A stretch of DNA of 64,000 bases from Chrysomallon squamiferum (taxonomy: Eukaryota; Animalia; Mollusca): NCBI GenBank assembly GCA_012295275.1, contig CM022671.1, positions 36,766,001 to 36,830,000 on the forward strand, in the 5' to 3' direction. The position numbers and the translations under genes are program-made. Positions 50,155 through 62,475 of the stretch are shown here, piece after piece (the stretch's first letter is position 1; each line of letters begins with the position of its first letter). Under the pieces are notes generated by a model that searched no databases, was not told the DNA's origin, and was given only the letters and a program-made list of their open reading frames with translations.

Positions 50155-50490
50155 TGGTTCTTTCACACTCACTTGCTGTGTTGCCAGATTTCGAGCCATT
50201 TCCTTAACTCAATCCGGGATGGTGTTTCATGACAGACTGACATTTTTGAAAGTTTGTATCTGGTTGGAGCACACTTGGTCACACACCTTCAGCATGCACT
50301 GCTTCAAAAATGCACCCGCTGAAAACGACTTTGATCTCGGGCAGTTTCTACAGGCACAATAAAGCTAGCTTTCATTACTGCATCGTTTTTCTGCTGTAGC
50401 TTTTGTAGAACATATTCTGCTACGATTGCAGTCCGCCTTTTAATTACTGGACAATCTGTCATCTGCAACGACTTTTCTTTTCCTGGACAT
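50155..50490 (-). pseudogene. hAT transposase N-terminal fragment (GTF2IRD2/Charlie/SPIN-like), frameshifted and deleted
   Basis: ATG at 50490 gives MSRKRKVVADDR; after a deletion it reads LKGGLQS*QNMF..NDAVMKASFIVPVETAR/SKSFSAGAFLKQCMLKVCDQVCSNQIQTFKNVSLS*NTIPD*VKEMARNLATQ. This matches the family pattern ASxxVAxxIAxxxKxFSxGxFxKxCM...SLSRNTxxxRV. Confidence 0.85.
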
Positions 50491-51423
50491 TTTGGGATCA
50501 AAAGTAAATATTTCTCAATTACACTTGCTGGGAAAATCGCCGACACTGATGTGGATACATTGTTATCTAGAGGCCGGAAACCGTCACTTGGCGCGTAACA
50601 TAATGGAAATGCATTGTGGGAGATGTAGCATACGGTCAGTGCATACTGTAAAAAAGCAGAATAGACTTATTTTAGTACACCTTTTAAGGTCTCGCGGGCC
50701 ATAAAAAATGACGTGGCGGGCCACATTTGACCCGTGGGTCTAGAGTTTGACACGTGATCTACATCTTCTATAACTTCATGGCTCAGTTGTCTGGGTCGCG
50801 TGTTCAGGCACCAACATAAACTGCAAGACCACCTGTTTTGTTATTATTTACTGCTGTTGTCTGTGATGAAGATGGATAATCTCGTTTTTGTTGAACGCAA
50901 AACCCGGTTATCTTTTTATGTAAATTAAAAATAGATATTTATTTAATGTATTAATTTTTTATATATGTGTAATCTTGAGGTTATCTAGTTTCTATGTATA
51001 AAATAGAGAAAAAAAAGAACGACAAATATTAAATAAATATGAATTAACAATTTATATTAAATCTATATTAACGTAATAATTCGATTCTCTTTTCACCGAC
51101 TGTTTTATATATTTTCAATTAAACTTTTGACTCAGGTTTCTTTTAAATTCTATTTTTTTAGTTACGTTATTTTATATTGTAACAAAACATGCTCTGTATA
51201 TAAATAAACTTCAGACTGTACTCTTGTTGATGTTGATATTTATAAATATTTTACTATTTAAAAGAGTGTTTTAAACCCCAGGACTTTAAATATTGGCACT
51301 GTGACATTGTCATTACACATACTTTGTATATTGTTTGCATTTGCTTGATTGTGCTTAGCAGTTAGCAGTCGGTAGGCATTATTCATGATGGTCTGTCGTT
51401 CACAAGATACAGAAACGATGTGT

Positions 51424-51427
<4 letters not shown>

Positions 51428-51495
<68 letters not shown>
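51428..51495. repeat. (AAT)n microsatellite
   Basis: Pure AAT run. Confidence 0.9.
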
Positions 51496-51496
<1 letters not shown>

Positions 51497-52129
51497 CAAT
51501 AATTTGGCTGGAGCAAACGTTTTCGTAGATTCCAGAAATTCAAATGCAAAACATATGTTTATAATATTTTATGTTGAATTTATTCAAATAATTGAAATTG
51601 TTTTCACTGAATGAATTAAGGCTGATCATTAAATAAAACACACAACAGCAAAATCTGTGTTGACGAAGCGAAGATCTAAGCTAGAAGACTGCCAATATAT
51701 AACATGTTATCGGTCAAATGCTATAAAATTCAGAAACTGTCTCCCAAATGCAAAACGAAAACATAATTACATTTCGGTAATGTTCAACGTATGGCGCTTT
51801 TTTGCAAACATTCTTTTTTTCTTATATATATACCTAAAACAAAACAACATATAACAGGTCGCTTATGTTTTGTAAAATCAGTCGGTTTTATCTTTTCTAC
51901 CAAGGCTAACATTTATTTATTTTTAAATTAAACACAGATATTCTTGTTCGTTTTACTTACCTCCCTTGCGTTAATAATATAATAATAATAATAATAAAAG
52001 GACAAATCTACGATGACGGACGTAATGTTCAGAGCTGCTGGAGTCATTTAACCCTAACAGCATGGTCCTGAGTATTTGGTGTTATAGAGAAAAGAGCCTA
52101 GGGATATTCATGGCGTGATAGATGATCAG

Positions 52130-53670
52130 AAATATGTGCGTGACGGATGTTACATCAAAAGGACATTGGTGAAAACAATCTTCACTTTACAGTTGTCTGC
52201 AATCTATGAATTGGACAAAAAACAAAACAAACAAAAATGCTTTCTGTTGGAGTGAAGGTGAAAGGCTATAGAGGATTACCAGTTTTAATTCAGTCTGAAA
52301 ACAATGTATAAAAGAAATATTATTACATAACTGTGCGTGATGGATGTTACATTCAGTCCAATAACATAACATGAAATTCTCTGTTCTTGCCTGTTTCACT
52401 GCTGTGATGATAAAGTCACTTTAATGCAATGATTAAGATAATGACAATGTTTTATATAAAAAAAAATACGATTAATTGTAATGTATAAACTTTTCATTAT
52501 ACTTTATCATTCGTCAGAAAATACAGCGATCATCCTCAGTGGTGAGGTGGTGGAGCCGAGCAGTTCCTCTGATTGTTGGGACCTCATTTCATTTTTCTAC
52601 ATCGTCGGAGGTATCCCTTTCAAATACACAGAGCTGTTATCTTCTTTTATTTCACTGCAATCCAGACACCGCCACCTATACCACCAACAGGACAAAGAAA
52701 TTCCAATGAGTATTTTTCAAATACATTTCTACAGCGAAATCACAGCTAAAGCTATGAAGGTGTTTTTGAATTGTGACATCAGACCAAGTCAACACAGTTT
52801 TGACTGAAATGGGGATCATTTCCAAGAGCATGTCAAAGTACGCTATGATAGAGTCTTTCGAATGTGCAAGATTATCACATGCCATCCCATTCGAGTACAG
52901 TGTTCTAGTATAACTATATGGATGGTGTAAGAAGGCTCCCTTGATGCTGCTGCCAACCAGCACTTCGTATCTCGTCCTGGTAAAAGACACTTATAATAGA
53001 GCAGTGCTCCATAAACTGGTCAGTAAAGAGGAAATACAGAGACACACATTATTAGTTGTTACCTCTTCTACTACCTTTGAAATTCTCTCATCTGAATCAT
53101 TCTTCCAGACATAACATGTCACTTTCGCTACGTCATCCTTTTTCAGTCATGGCCATGAAAACTTGTCCGTCATTGCAGTTTTCGCAACTGTTATGAATGT
53201 GTGGAAATGATGATTGTCTCTGCTTTTCTCATTGCATTTTACGTACAGTCCTGCTTTTGCCCCCTTGGTCTGCCATCTCCTTTCTTTTACAGTCTTTTCT
53301 GTTTTTGGATCGATTCAGGCATCTTCCTTTCGATTTCTTTACTCTTCTGTCTACATGTGCTTTTTGTGTTTCATTAATTGTCATCTTAACATAAAATATG
53401 TGATTATTATAACACTCTATCTTTTTCTTGGTCTTGAAATAACAATTTTTCAGAACAGCATAAACAGTTGAATAGATACCTTTTTTATTTTGAGAATGTT
53501 GCCTTAAGAAACTGGGTGAATTTTTTCTTTTTTAAAAATGAAGAATTGTAGGTAAAAATATCATCATACTCTAGCTGACTGGTATTTGGTGAAACCACAT
53601 TTTGTTCAGAAATGCTACGAGCGGTAAAACAGAATAATTGATTTTTTATGAATGTGACGGATGTTACGGT
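52130..53670 (-). mobile_element. Degenerate DDE DNA-transposon remnant, probably Sola2-like
   Basis: Minus-strand fragments CDNLAHSKDSIIAYFDMLLEMIPISVKTVLTWSD/SQFKNTFIAL.../HWNFF/PVGGIGG fit the WSDGxxxQFKN...WNFFATSHGKGPVDGIGG transposase core with small deletions. A GTGAYGGATGTTAC motif repeats at ~52140, 52337 and 53654. The family assignment is from memory. Confidence 0.6.
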
Positions 53671-54471
53671 TTTCATTTCTATGTCAAATACAGATAACAT
53701 AATTTCAAGAATGAGTGATATATTTTATAGCTCTGCGTGGTTAGTACTAAAACAATTCAGAAAGTACATATATATACCTTCAGATTTTCATCTCACATAA
53801 ATAATTTAGAACTTTTTTTCATGACGGACTTTACCGTGACTGGGCATTTTACTTTAAATTCAATATTTAGTTAGCTATTTCCAAAAATTACTTTAAACCT
53901 TTTTATTCCTTAAACTGATGTCATGATCTTTATAAACTGACTAAAATGATTTGATATTGTTAGTATTGCTATCATTGGGTAGACTGTAGTACTGAAATAC
54001 GTCGCGTCGCGTCTTCACATCAGATTCAGAAGGAAAAAATAAGAGTTAAAAAGAATTTTCATTATTTTCGGAAAGTTGTAAGTTTTGTCAATAAAATAAT
54101 AAAATATTGAAATATTTGTATCCCCTTTTGTCCTTAGAGCCATGGGATTACCCAAAATAATAAATTATAACAAAAGTTTAATATTATCCACTACGGTTGG
54201 ATAAACAAAGAAAACTGAGTAAGGTACAAGGTGTAGTTTAATATTCTCATATTTATCCTAGCGTCAAAAGAACAAATCATAGCAAAATGTTCAGAAAAAA
54301 AATTCTTATTTGAATGTACGGACTACAACTTGAAGACCACTTCTACTTCCAATGACTGAGGTTTACATGTACACTTATGACTGTCTTAAAAATGATTATG
54401 ATAAAATAGTAATCATTCTTTACAGTTAGAAACTATTGTTACTTTAAAAATCAACTGTCATTTCTTTACAT

Positions 54472-54502
<31 letters not shown>

Positions 54503-55054
54503 ATTTTAAATAAAATGGCTATAAACATGTGATGATTGTTAAATTATAAACAAAATCAAGCTTCTTAATATTATAACGTTTGCAACAGTCCCAAAACACC
54601 CGTAAGAGTAATTCAAATCTCAAGAAGAAAAAAAAGAATAAGAAAAAAAAGAGTAAAGAAATAAGGCTAATACCGATTAACTTTATTAAAACATACATAC
54701 AAATTATAAGACGATAGTTTTATAGAAATTTACTTTTCATCTTGTATTGTTGTTAGCCTATCATTCGCCATACATTTCAGTGTCATTTGTTACAAAATAC
54801 CCGAATTCATAATCTATATTTTAGCATTCCGTTGCATTATATATTTCCTTTAAAATCAGTCAGTCAATAAATAAATAAGAAATTAAGTGTACTTATTTCA
54901 TATATTTGTGATTTCTACAGGAGTTTGCTTGGTTTTCATAACAAAATCAGTTCAAACTGCTTTGATAACAGTAAATAATTTGCCTTGAATCCACTTGTAA
55001 TAAAAGCATTCATCTGCTCCCATCATTACGTAAGTAGATTCTGGGTAGATTGTA

Positions 55055-55385
55055 ACTGTCACACCATAGTTTATATAATTATAAGAGGACGCCGTCAGTT
55101 TGTTTATTTTCATACTGTCACACTATAGTTTATATAATTAGAAGAGTAGGCGGTCAGTTCATTTTCATACTTTCACACTATACTTTATATAATTATAAGA
55201 GTAGGCGGTCAGTTTGTTTTCATACTGTCACACCATAGTTTATATAATTATAAGAGTAGGCGGTCAGTTTGTTTGTTTTCATACTTTCACACTATACTTT
55301 ATATAATTATAAGAGTCGGCGGTTAGTTTGTTTCTTTTCATACTGTCACACTATACTTTATATAATTATAAGAGTACTCCGTCAA
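55055..55385. repeat. 55-59-bp tandem repeat, ~6 copies
   Basis: catactgtcacactatagtttatataattataagagtaggcggtcagtttgttttt units. Confidence 0.9.
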
Positions 55386-55642
55386 TGTGTTTTTCAAGAA
55401 GTACTTTTATGTCAGAAACATATAACACTATTACATTTACAGATTTTATTAATCACAAAATTTCTTTGTTTTTCTTTTTTCACTAGTTTTTAGCTTAATA
55501 TATTACAAATTTGTTTGCTACGTATTGACAACATAAACTCTTTCTAGTAGAATAAATAAAGGAAATAGTCGCAAGGTGTGATATCAGAGAAAAATGTTAA
55601 TGAAAACCAAATGCACCTAAAACACAACAACATAAGCTACAC

Positions 55643-55687
<45 letters not shown>

Positions 55688-56509
55688 TAAAATAAAAACA
55701 AAAAGGGTCTTGAAGAATTGATGATTAATATTTTATTTTATTTCATTTTAATTTTTTTTTTTTTTTTGATTGGTTAATAATCGGAAGTATATATTTATTT
55801 TCTTCTGTTCTAAACGTTTTTGTAACTTGTAAATTCTGTATTTGCCCTAAAAAGTCTAATAACAAACAATAAAATAAAACAGTTTTTAAAAAATAGGAAG
55901 AAAGAATTTGCCCTCTTATTAATATATAATTGAATGTTTCAATTTGTTTAAATTTTTGGTTTGTTCTGAAATGCACCACGTCACATAATACAAGATAATT
56001 TCACATCGTTTGAAACAGGTTACTATAATGACTGCATGTAGTTCATGTGTAAACCGATAATTTTAACGGATTTTAACGATTATGTTCTGATGATATATCA
56101 AGAAAACTGATCTTATTTCCAAAGACGGTGAATACTGTCATCTTTTTATGTTTTTCTGAAGTTACAGTTAATGGAAAACATCAAAATATTTTCAACGTAA
56201 CCTGTTACTGTTTACATTTAAAAATTCAAATTCGATCGCCCATAAGATTGTCGTACTCATTAAATTTTATACATTTATTTATTTAAGTTATTTGGTTAAT
56301 AAACTGCATCCCCCATTACCGTGTTTGCCTATCTTTTTTGGAAATTCATTGAGTGAACCAAAACCTCTTAATGCCGTTTTGGTTCATCTATTTAGCGTGT
56401 AAGTGTTTACCATTGTTTCATATTTAAAACATAAACTGGTTTAATTATTTTCGGTCATTATTCAAGTGCCATTGTTTTTTCGTCATTCACTGACATCGAT
56501 ACCATTGTC

Positions 56510-56560
56510 TGACTTACGCAGTGAATTTGTATGACGTCACATCTCGTTACGTAACACAAT
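56510..56560. promoter_or_regulatory. Candidate bZIP enhancer: perfect CRE next to a perfect PAR/D-box palindrome
   Basis: TGACGTCA (56532-56539) and GTTACGTAAC (56546-56555) are 6 bp apart, ~1.6 kb downstream of the bZIP gene. Confidence 0.45.
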
Positions 56561-58172
56561 TTCACGAGAGTAGATCTTTAACATATCTTACACATACATA
56601 TTGGGAGAGACGGAGTTAGAGAGAAGAAAGCTAGCTGACAAGATCACGATAGAGCGATAATATACAGATAACATACTCTCATTTGATAGCAGAAGCTACA
56701 ATAGTTGAAATACTACGATACTTTAGACCACAGATTAACATATTCTCGATTATCATCGTCAAATAATATCACAGTTTTATTTTTTTTAAACATTAAATAT
56801 CTAATTTATGTTTAAATAATAGAAATCTCTTCATATTTTGATAAACTTTATAAAAATTTCGCAATGTTTTGATATGTTTCATGTTTCACTGTCATGATAC
56901 TTATTACAGTGTATTATGTCAACGTTTGGCCATTCACTTATTTTTTTTTTTACAACTTTGGTATATATCGCACATGTATTGAACATCACACTTTTGATAT
57001 ACTTATTACCTGTGCATTACATCACTGAGATTGTATTTCATATTATTTAATCCATATTTTAAGCGATAATCCATTTCCTTGTACTTGAAAAAAGGTTATG
57101 TAGATGTGAATGAACGATACTGTATTTATGCAAAATCATTTAAATTGTTATAAAATAACATTTATAAAAAAGAGTTATATGAAATAATTACAAATTTTAT
57201 AAATAGCTGTAGAGCTGACTGTGAATTGCGCAAAAAACAGTATAAGTTGTATGAATGACTATGAATTGTATTAATAACTATGACTTGTATGAACGACTGT
57301 TAGACAATAAGAGCAGTATGTATGACTTCATGAATTCTGTGTATGACCGTACGAGTTGTATGTGTATGATGTATGTATGACTATATACGTTGTATGTATG
57401 ACTGTATGAGTTCCATGTAAGACCAAACAAGTATGTTCTGTGTGGATATCTGTACGAGTTGTATAGAAATGGTGTGATTACAAGCATTCATTGGTTGATT
57501 GTATGAGTTATACCGATGATCACATGAATTTAATTACCGACTATGTGTATATGTATGCATACGAGTCTATGTTAACGATTGAAATAAAATAGTAAATTAT
57601 TCCACTTTAAAGATGAGATGAAAGTATGTGATTATACAGCTATTCACATCAAAACAACAATTGTACATTCAAATCTAGCAACACTAATGATTGTCGAACA
57701 TGTAAATAAATGTAATTGTAATTCTACTGGCTTTACATAGGCCAGCTTTTTTGCATCAGACACTGAGTTTACTAACACTATTTACTATCAAATAATAATA
57801 AATAAAATAAAATATATACATTTTTGGTTCTACTGTAGACATTTCACAATTTTGTGGTAGCACTTCATTTGCAATTAGTTGTATGTATGTTCGTATATAT
57901 GTGTATATATATGTGTGTATATCCAAATATGTACATAAAGCAACTATAACTAACTATAAATGTTCATGTTGGAAATAAATACTGAAATAAATTGTTACCC
58001 TAAAATATCGTCCTGTTTTCAGATTATTATATATTATTACTCTTATATTAAAAATATATTTCTATGATACTGCAAAGTCGACAGTATTTGTTTACAGTTT
58101 TAGATATTGTTGTTCGAAGTGGATTTGTAAATACTGTAAGACGTGACGTCACTACTGGAAAACATCAGCTAG

Positions 58173-59336
58173 TCATTCCTTTAACACAATGTTCTTCATC
58201 TTCTCCACCTGACACGTCAATGTTCTCAGCTTTTCCTTCAGCTCGACGTTTTCCCTCTTCACAGACTCGTCGATACAGTCTGAATTTGTTGAGTCCGACA
58301 TGGTCATCTGAACCTGATGTTGCCTGCCCCCGCTGTACATGTCATGCGTGGCTGGCATCTGTCCCTGCATCACGTCAGGTTCTAACCCGCCCACACTGTT
58401 CACCTGCTCTTCGTGCTTGTTCAGAATGACGTCATTGCCAACAGCCATTCGTTTGTTTCGACTTGTAGTGAGATCGGCTGGGGTCTGCAGAGCATTGGCA
58501 CCGTTGTACACGTGACTTTGGTTGGCAAATACCGGGTGGTAGTATTCGTAAGGTGAAGCTCGATACTGATTTTCCTGCTGTGCCCCGTATCTTGGGTAGC
58601 TGTTGTCCACAACCGGAGTTTTGTCTGCAAATGCATTATTAACGTGCGGGAGGTGCTGCCCGGCGTTGTTGTTGTTGTTGTTGTTGTTATAGGCGTGTGG
58701 GTTGTACTGCTGGTTGCCGGACCCCCAGGACATCGCCATGCTGTACGAACTGTACACCGACTGACCTCGGCGTGCTGGCACGTGCGCCGACTCGGATCGA
58801 GATTCGTCATCAGTGAGGTTGCGGTCATGGTCGCTGTTTTCTGACAACATGTGTGTGTTCTGTTCGTCGTCGTTATTGGTGCTGCTGATAGCAAGCAGAG
58901 ACACGGGGTAAACGCCGTCGCTGTTTGTATCATCGTCGTCGTCGCGGGGGCTTGCCTGCGCTGCCTGAGCTGCTTTCACTTCTCGCATGCACTGCGCTCG
59001 TTCTTCAGCCGTGAGCAGGCTCTGGTCCAGCGGTATTCCAAACTTTGCCTTGATCAGCGAAACCTCTTTTCTGAGCAGCGCGTTGTCCTCTTCCAGGTAC
59101 GTCACCTTCTGTCGAATGTCTATCTCCAACTTTCGCTTGTTTTCACGAGAACGTTTTGCAGCCATGTTGTTTCTCTTTCTTTTTTCCCAGTATTTGTCAT
59201 CTTTTTCGTCAGGCGGTATGACTCTTTTGGCTCGTCTCTGTATGAGTTTTGGCATGTAGTGTACCCCGTCAGCAGACGACTGGTCAGGCAACCACGGCTC
59301 AGTCTCCGTCGTGTAATGTGGGTGTGTCATTTCCAT
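58173..59336 (-). CDS. NFIL3/E4BP4/vrille-like bZIP transcription factor, ~387 aa, single large coding exon
   Basis: The acceptor ctttcag at 59340 is followed by ATT ATG (ATG 59336). bZIP RRAKRVIPPDEKDDKYWEKRKRNNMAAKRSRENKRKLEIDIRQKVTYLEEDNALLRKEVSLIKAKFG has the NFIL3-type extended basic region and KFG end; a second coiled coil ENVELKEKLRTLTCQVEKMK lies at the C-terminus. An upstream exon was not located, so the N-terminus could be longer. Confidence 0.88.
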   Translation of the reverse strand: MEMTHPHYTTETEPWLPDQSSADGVHYMPKLIQRRAKRVIPPDEKDDKYWEKRKRNNMAAKRSRENKRKLEIDIRQKVTYLEEDNALLRKEVSLIKAKFGIPLDQSLLTAEERAQCMREVKAAQAAQASPRDDDDDTNSDGVYPVSLLAISSTNNDDEQNTHMLSENSDHDRNLTDDESRSESAHVPARRGQSVYSSYSMAMSWGSGNQQYNPHAYNNNNNNNNAGQHLPHVNNAFADKTPVVDNSYPRYGAQQENQYRASPYEYYHPVFANQSHVYNGANALQTPADLTTSRNKRMAVGNDVILNKHEEQVNSVGGLEPDVMQGQMPATHDMYSGGRQHQVQMTMSDSTNSDCIDESVKRENVELKEKLRTLTCQVEKMKNIVLKE

Positions 59337-59379
59337 AATCTGAAAGTGGAGAAGGAAAACGTAAATACATATCTCGTAT

Positions 59380-59502
59380 TTACGAACAACAACAACAGCA
59401 GCATTACCGTAATAATGGTCATACGACAACTATCGCCGCCACCACCAACACTATTACTACTTTTAGATGTATTACTACTACTACTGCTATTACTATGCTT
59501 TA

Positions 59503-59572
<70 letters not shown>

Positions 59573-59905
59573 TACTACAACTATTACTATAACTACTACA
59601 CTGCTATTACTATTATTACTACTACTTCAGCTGCTGGTGTTGCTACTATTATTACTACAACTACTACTACTGTATCTATTGGACAGTTACTAATACTCCT
59701 ACTCCTACAACTATTACTGCTGCTACTACTGCTACCACTATCACTAATATTTTTGCTGCTACTGCTACTACCACTACCACTTACTAATATCACTGCTGCT
59801 ATTAATACTACCACTACCACTATTACTAATATTACTGCTGCTATTAATACTACCACTACTACTATTACTAATATTACTGCTATTAGTACTGCTGTTACTA
59901 CCAAA
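59380..59905. repeat. (ACT/TAC)n-rich low-complexity tract in the bZIP gene intron
   Basis: Long TAC run and derivatives; source of the poly-Y/T/L ORFs. Confidence 0.85.
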
Positions 59906-60061
59906 TCACTCTCAAATTCGGGAAAAACAGTGAGAAATTTTTATAAATGTGTAAAACTTTGGATCAAAGGAACCCCAACAAAATTAAATACTCCCCCCTA
60001 CATCCCCGATTACGGCTACTGCTTTATAGTACATTAATCCTTTTATCCGCCTCTAAATAAA

Positions 60062-60064
<3 letters not shown>

Positions 60065-60147
<83 letters not shown>
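60065..60147. repeat. (TC)n(AC)n compound microsatellite
   Basis: Direct observation. Confidence 0.9.
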
Positions 60148-60150
<3 letters not shown>

Positions 60151-60869
60151 GATACCCACTCTAACACTCACACACACTTACACACGCACATACCCTTCCT
60201 AACACACAAGACGAGTGTCACACACAGCCACCCTCATAATCACTCACACAAACACTGACACCGGGCTAGGTGAGGGGAAGTAAGCCAGTTCGGTTAGCAC
60301 TAAGTGTTAAACGGAGTAAACAGCGTTTCAGAGGTCAAATCTCCGGCTGTGAGGTCGCCGACATCTCGTTTAATTATCTTGTAACTTTGTCTCTTATTAG
60401 AATGTTTCGTAATCAGCCACAATTATCTCTCCTATTTAACTTTTCTTTGTGGCAAATGACCAAGTTACAAGCTCCTTTACGATCACTGGCGAGTCGCCAC
60501 TAAATTATTTTGTAAAATTATTCTGCTGTGGAAGGACAGAAATGAATCGTTGAAGTCACAAAACAACATGGACTGCCGAGTTTTTATTTTACTTATTATA
60601 AAATAATCACTTTTAAGTTTTTTCGACTACTACAATTAATTATGTTTCAAGATAATATTTTGTTGTTCTTGTATTAGTAGTAGTAGTAGTAGTAATAATA
60701 ATAATAATAATAATAATAATTAAAATACAGAAATGTTACAAGTAAAACCATAATGATGGAAAAACTAACTTATGTAGAAATTCTAAAGGAAAAACTGACT
60801 TATGTAGAAATGTTATAAAGCAAACTGTTATCAGTAAATTTTATTACGGTAATGGACGTTACTTATCGA

Positions 60870-61055
60870 TTTGTTGCACGTGAACAGAAAAATACAGGTC
60901 TCGCTTTCTCTGTTCTTTGCTTCATAATTAACCAGCTAAAATCTATAAGAGTTATGTAATTTAGCTAGCTTCAACAACAAGCTTTTATGTGGGTATGACG
61001 TCATGGCCGTGATCAATTCCACACGCAGCAGAAATCAATCGTGTTACATCATGGC
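60870..61055. promoter_or_regulatory. Candidate clock/stress-type cis-regulatory cluster upstream of the bZIP coding exon
   Basis: E-box CACGTG (60877), D-box GTTATGTAAT (60951), CRE ATGACGTCAT (60995) and composite GTTACATCAT (~61043) lie within 180 bp. Confidence 0.45.
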
Positions 61056-61477
61056 TGTGTGGAGATCAGACCTCAGACTCGTATTAATGAACTCTGCTGC
61101 AAACAGCAATTATAAAGCCAGGTAGGAACATTATAAAATGTAAAAAATATTTGAATGAAAGACTAAACATGAGTATCACTGCGAAATATATAACAATATT
61201 AACATTTAAATGAAAGAAACCAACTAAATATAAAACAGTTTTGATTAGTTTATTAATATATAAAGTGAATTCTTCAAATTGTATGAAGAAATATCACAAA
61301 AACTACTTGTTTATAACAGCACGTCATTCCACATACATCCACACATTGAGAAAATTACTCTCAAAATTTCACTGCAACAACATTCTGTCTCGATCATAAT
61401 GTAGTTAGAAAATTTCATAGATGAAAAAACAATTTAAAAGTTACGAAGTAACACACAACAAATATATACATACACAC

Positions 61478-61490
61478 ATACATACATACA

Positions 61491-61556
<66 letters not shown>
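61478..61556. repeat. (TACA)n(TA)n microsatellite
   Basis: Direct observation. Confidence 0.9.
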
Positions 61557-61561
<5 letters not shown>

Positions 61562-61654
61562 TGATAATAACACTATTTACCTTAAAATCATTTATTATCA
61601 GTTATTTAAGACAAAACATTCAGTTGTCTATTATTAAATTATTTTTCTCGTTAA

Positions 61655-62410
61655 ATAAAACTGCTTAATGTAAAATTATTTAAAATAAAACTGTTTAAGA
61701 CAAAAATTTTAAAAATAAAACTGTTTAATACAAAATTATTTAAAAAATAATATTTAAAATAAAACTATTTACAAAGCTATTTAAAATAAAATTATTTAAT
61801 ATAAAACTATATAAATTAAAACTATTTAAAATAAAAATATATAATATAAAAATATTTAAAATAAAAATATTTACAAAGCTATTTAAAATAAAATTATTTA
61901 ATATAAAACTATATAAACTAAAACTATTTAAAATAAAAATATATAATATAAAAATATTTAATATAAAACTATTTAAAATAAAAATATTAATATAAAAACA
62001 TTTAATATAAAATTATTTAAAATAAAATTATTTAACATAAAATGATTTAAAATAAAATTATTTAAAAACAATTTAATATAAAACTAATTAAAACAAAATT
62101 AATTAAAATAAAACTATTTAATACAAAACTATTTAATATAAAACTATTTAAAATAAAAGTGTTTAATATAAAATTAATTAACTAAAACTGTTTAATACAT
62201 AATTATTTAAATTAAAACTGTTTACAAAGCTATTTAAAGTAAAACTATTTAATATGAAAATGTTTAAATAACACTGTTTAAATATAAAACTTACTTTTTA
62301 AAAATAGAACTACTTTAAAAACTCAACTGTTTAATCTAATAATATATAAAATAAAACTTTTGAAGTAAAATTATTTACTATAAAACTATTTTAAAAAGAA
62401 ATATTCAATG
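61655..62410. repeat. AT-rich ~15-bp degenerate minisatellite (ataaaactatttaaa)
   Basis: Periodic TAAAACTATTTAA motif. Confidence 0.8.
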
Positions 62411-62443
62411 TAAAACTAAGATAATGACTTTATACATTTTAAC

Positions 62444-62475
<32 letters not shown>

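Noticed and set aside
59340-59429. N-terminal extension MSYDHYYG... of the 418-aa bZIP ORF
   Set aside because: It lies upstream of a strong polypyrimidine/CAG acceptor at 59340 in low-complexity sequence, so it is probably intronic.
58064-60037. Overlapping antisense and alternative-frame ORFs (121, 170, 280, 102 aa)
   Set aside because: Shadows of the GC-richer bZIP exon and of trinucleotide repeats.
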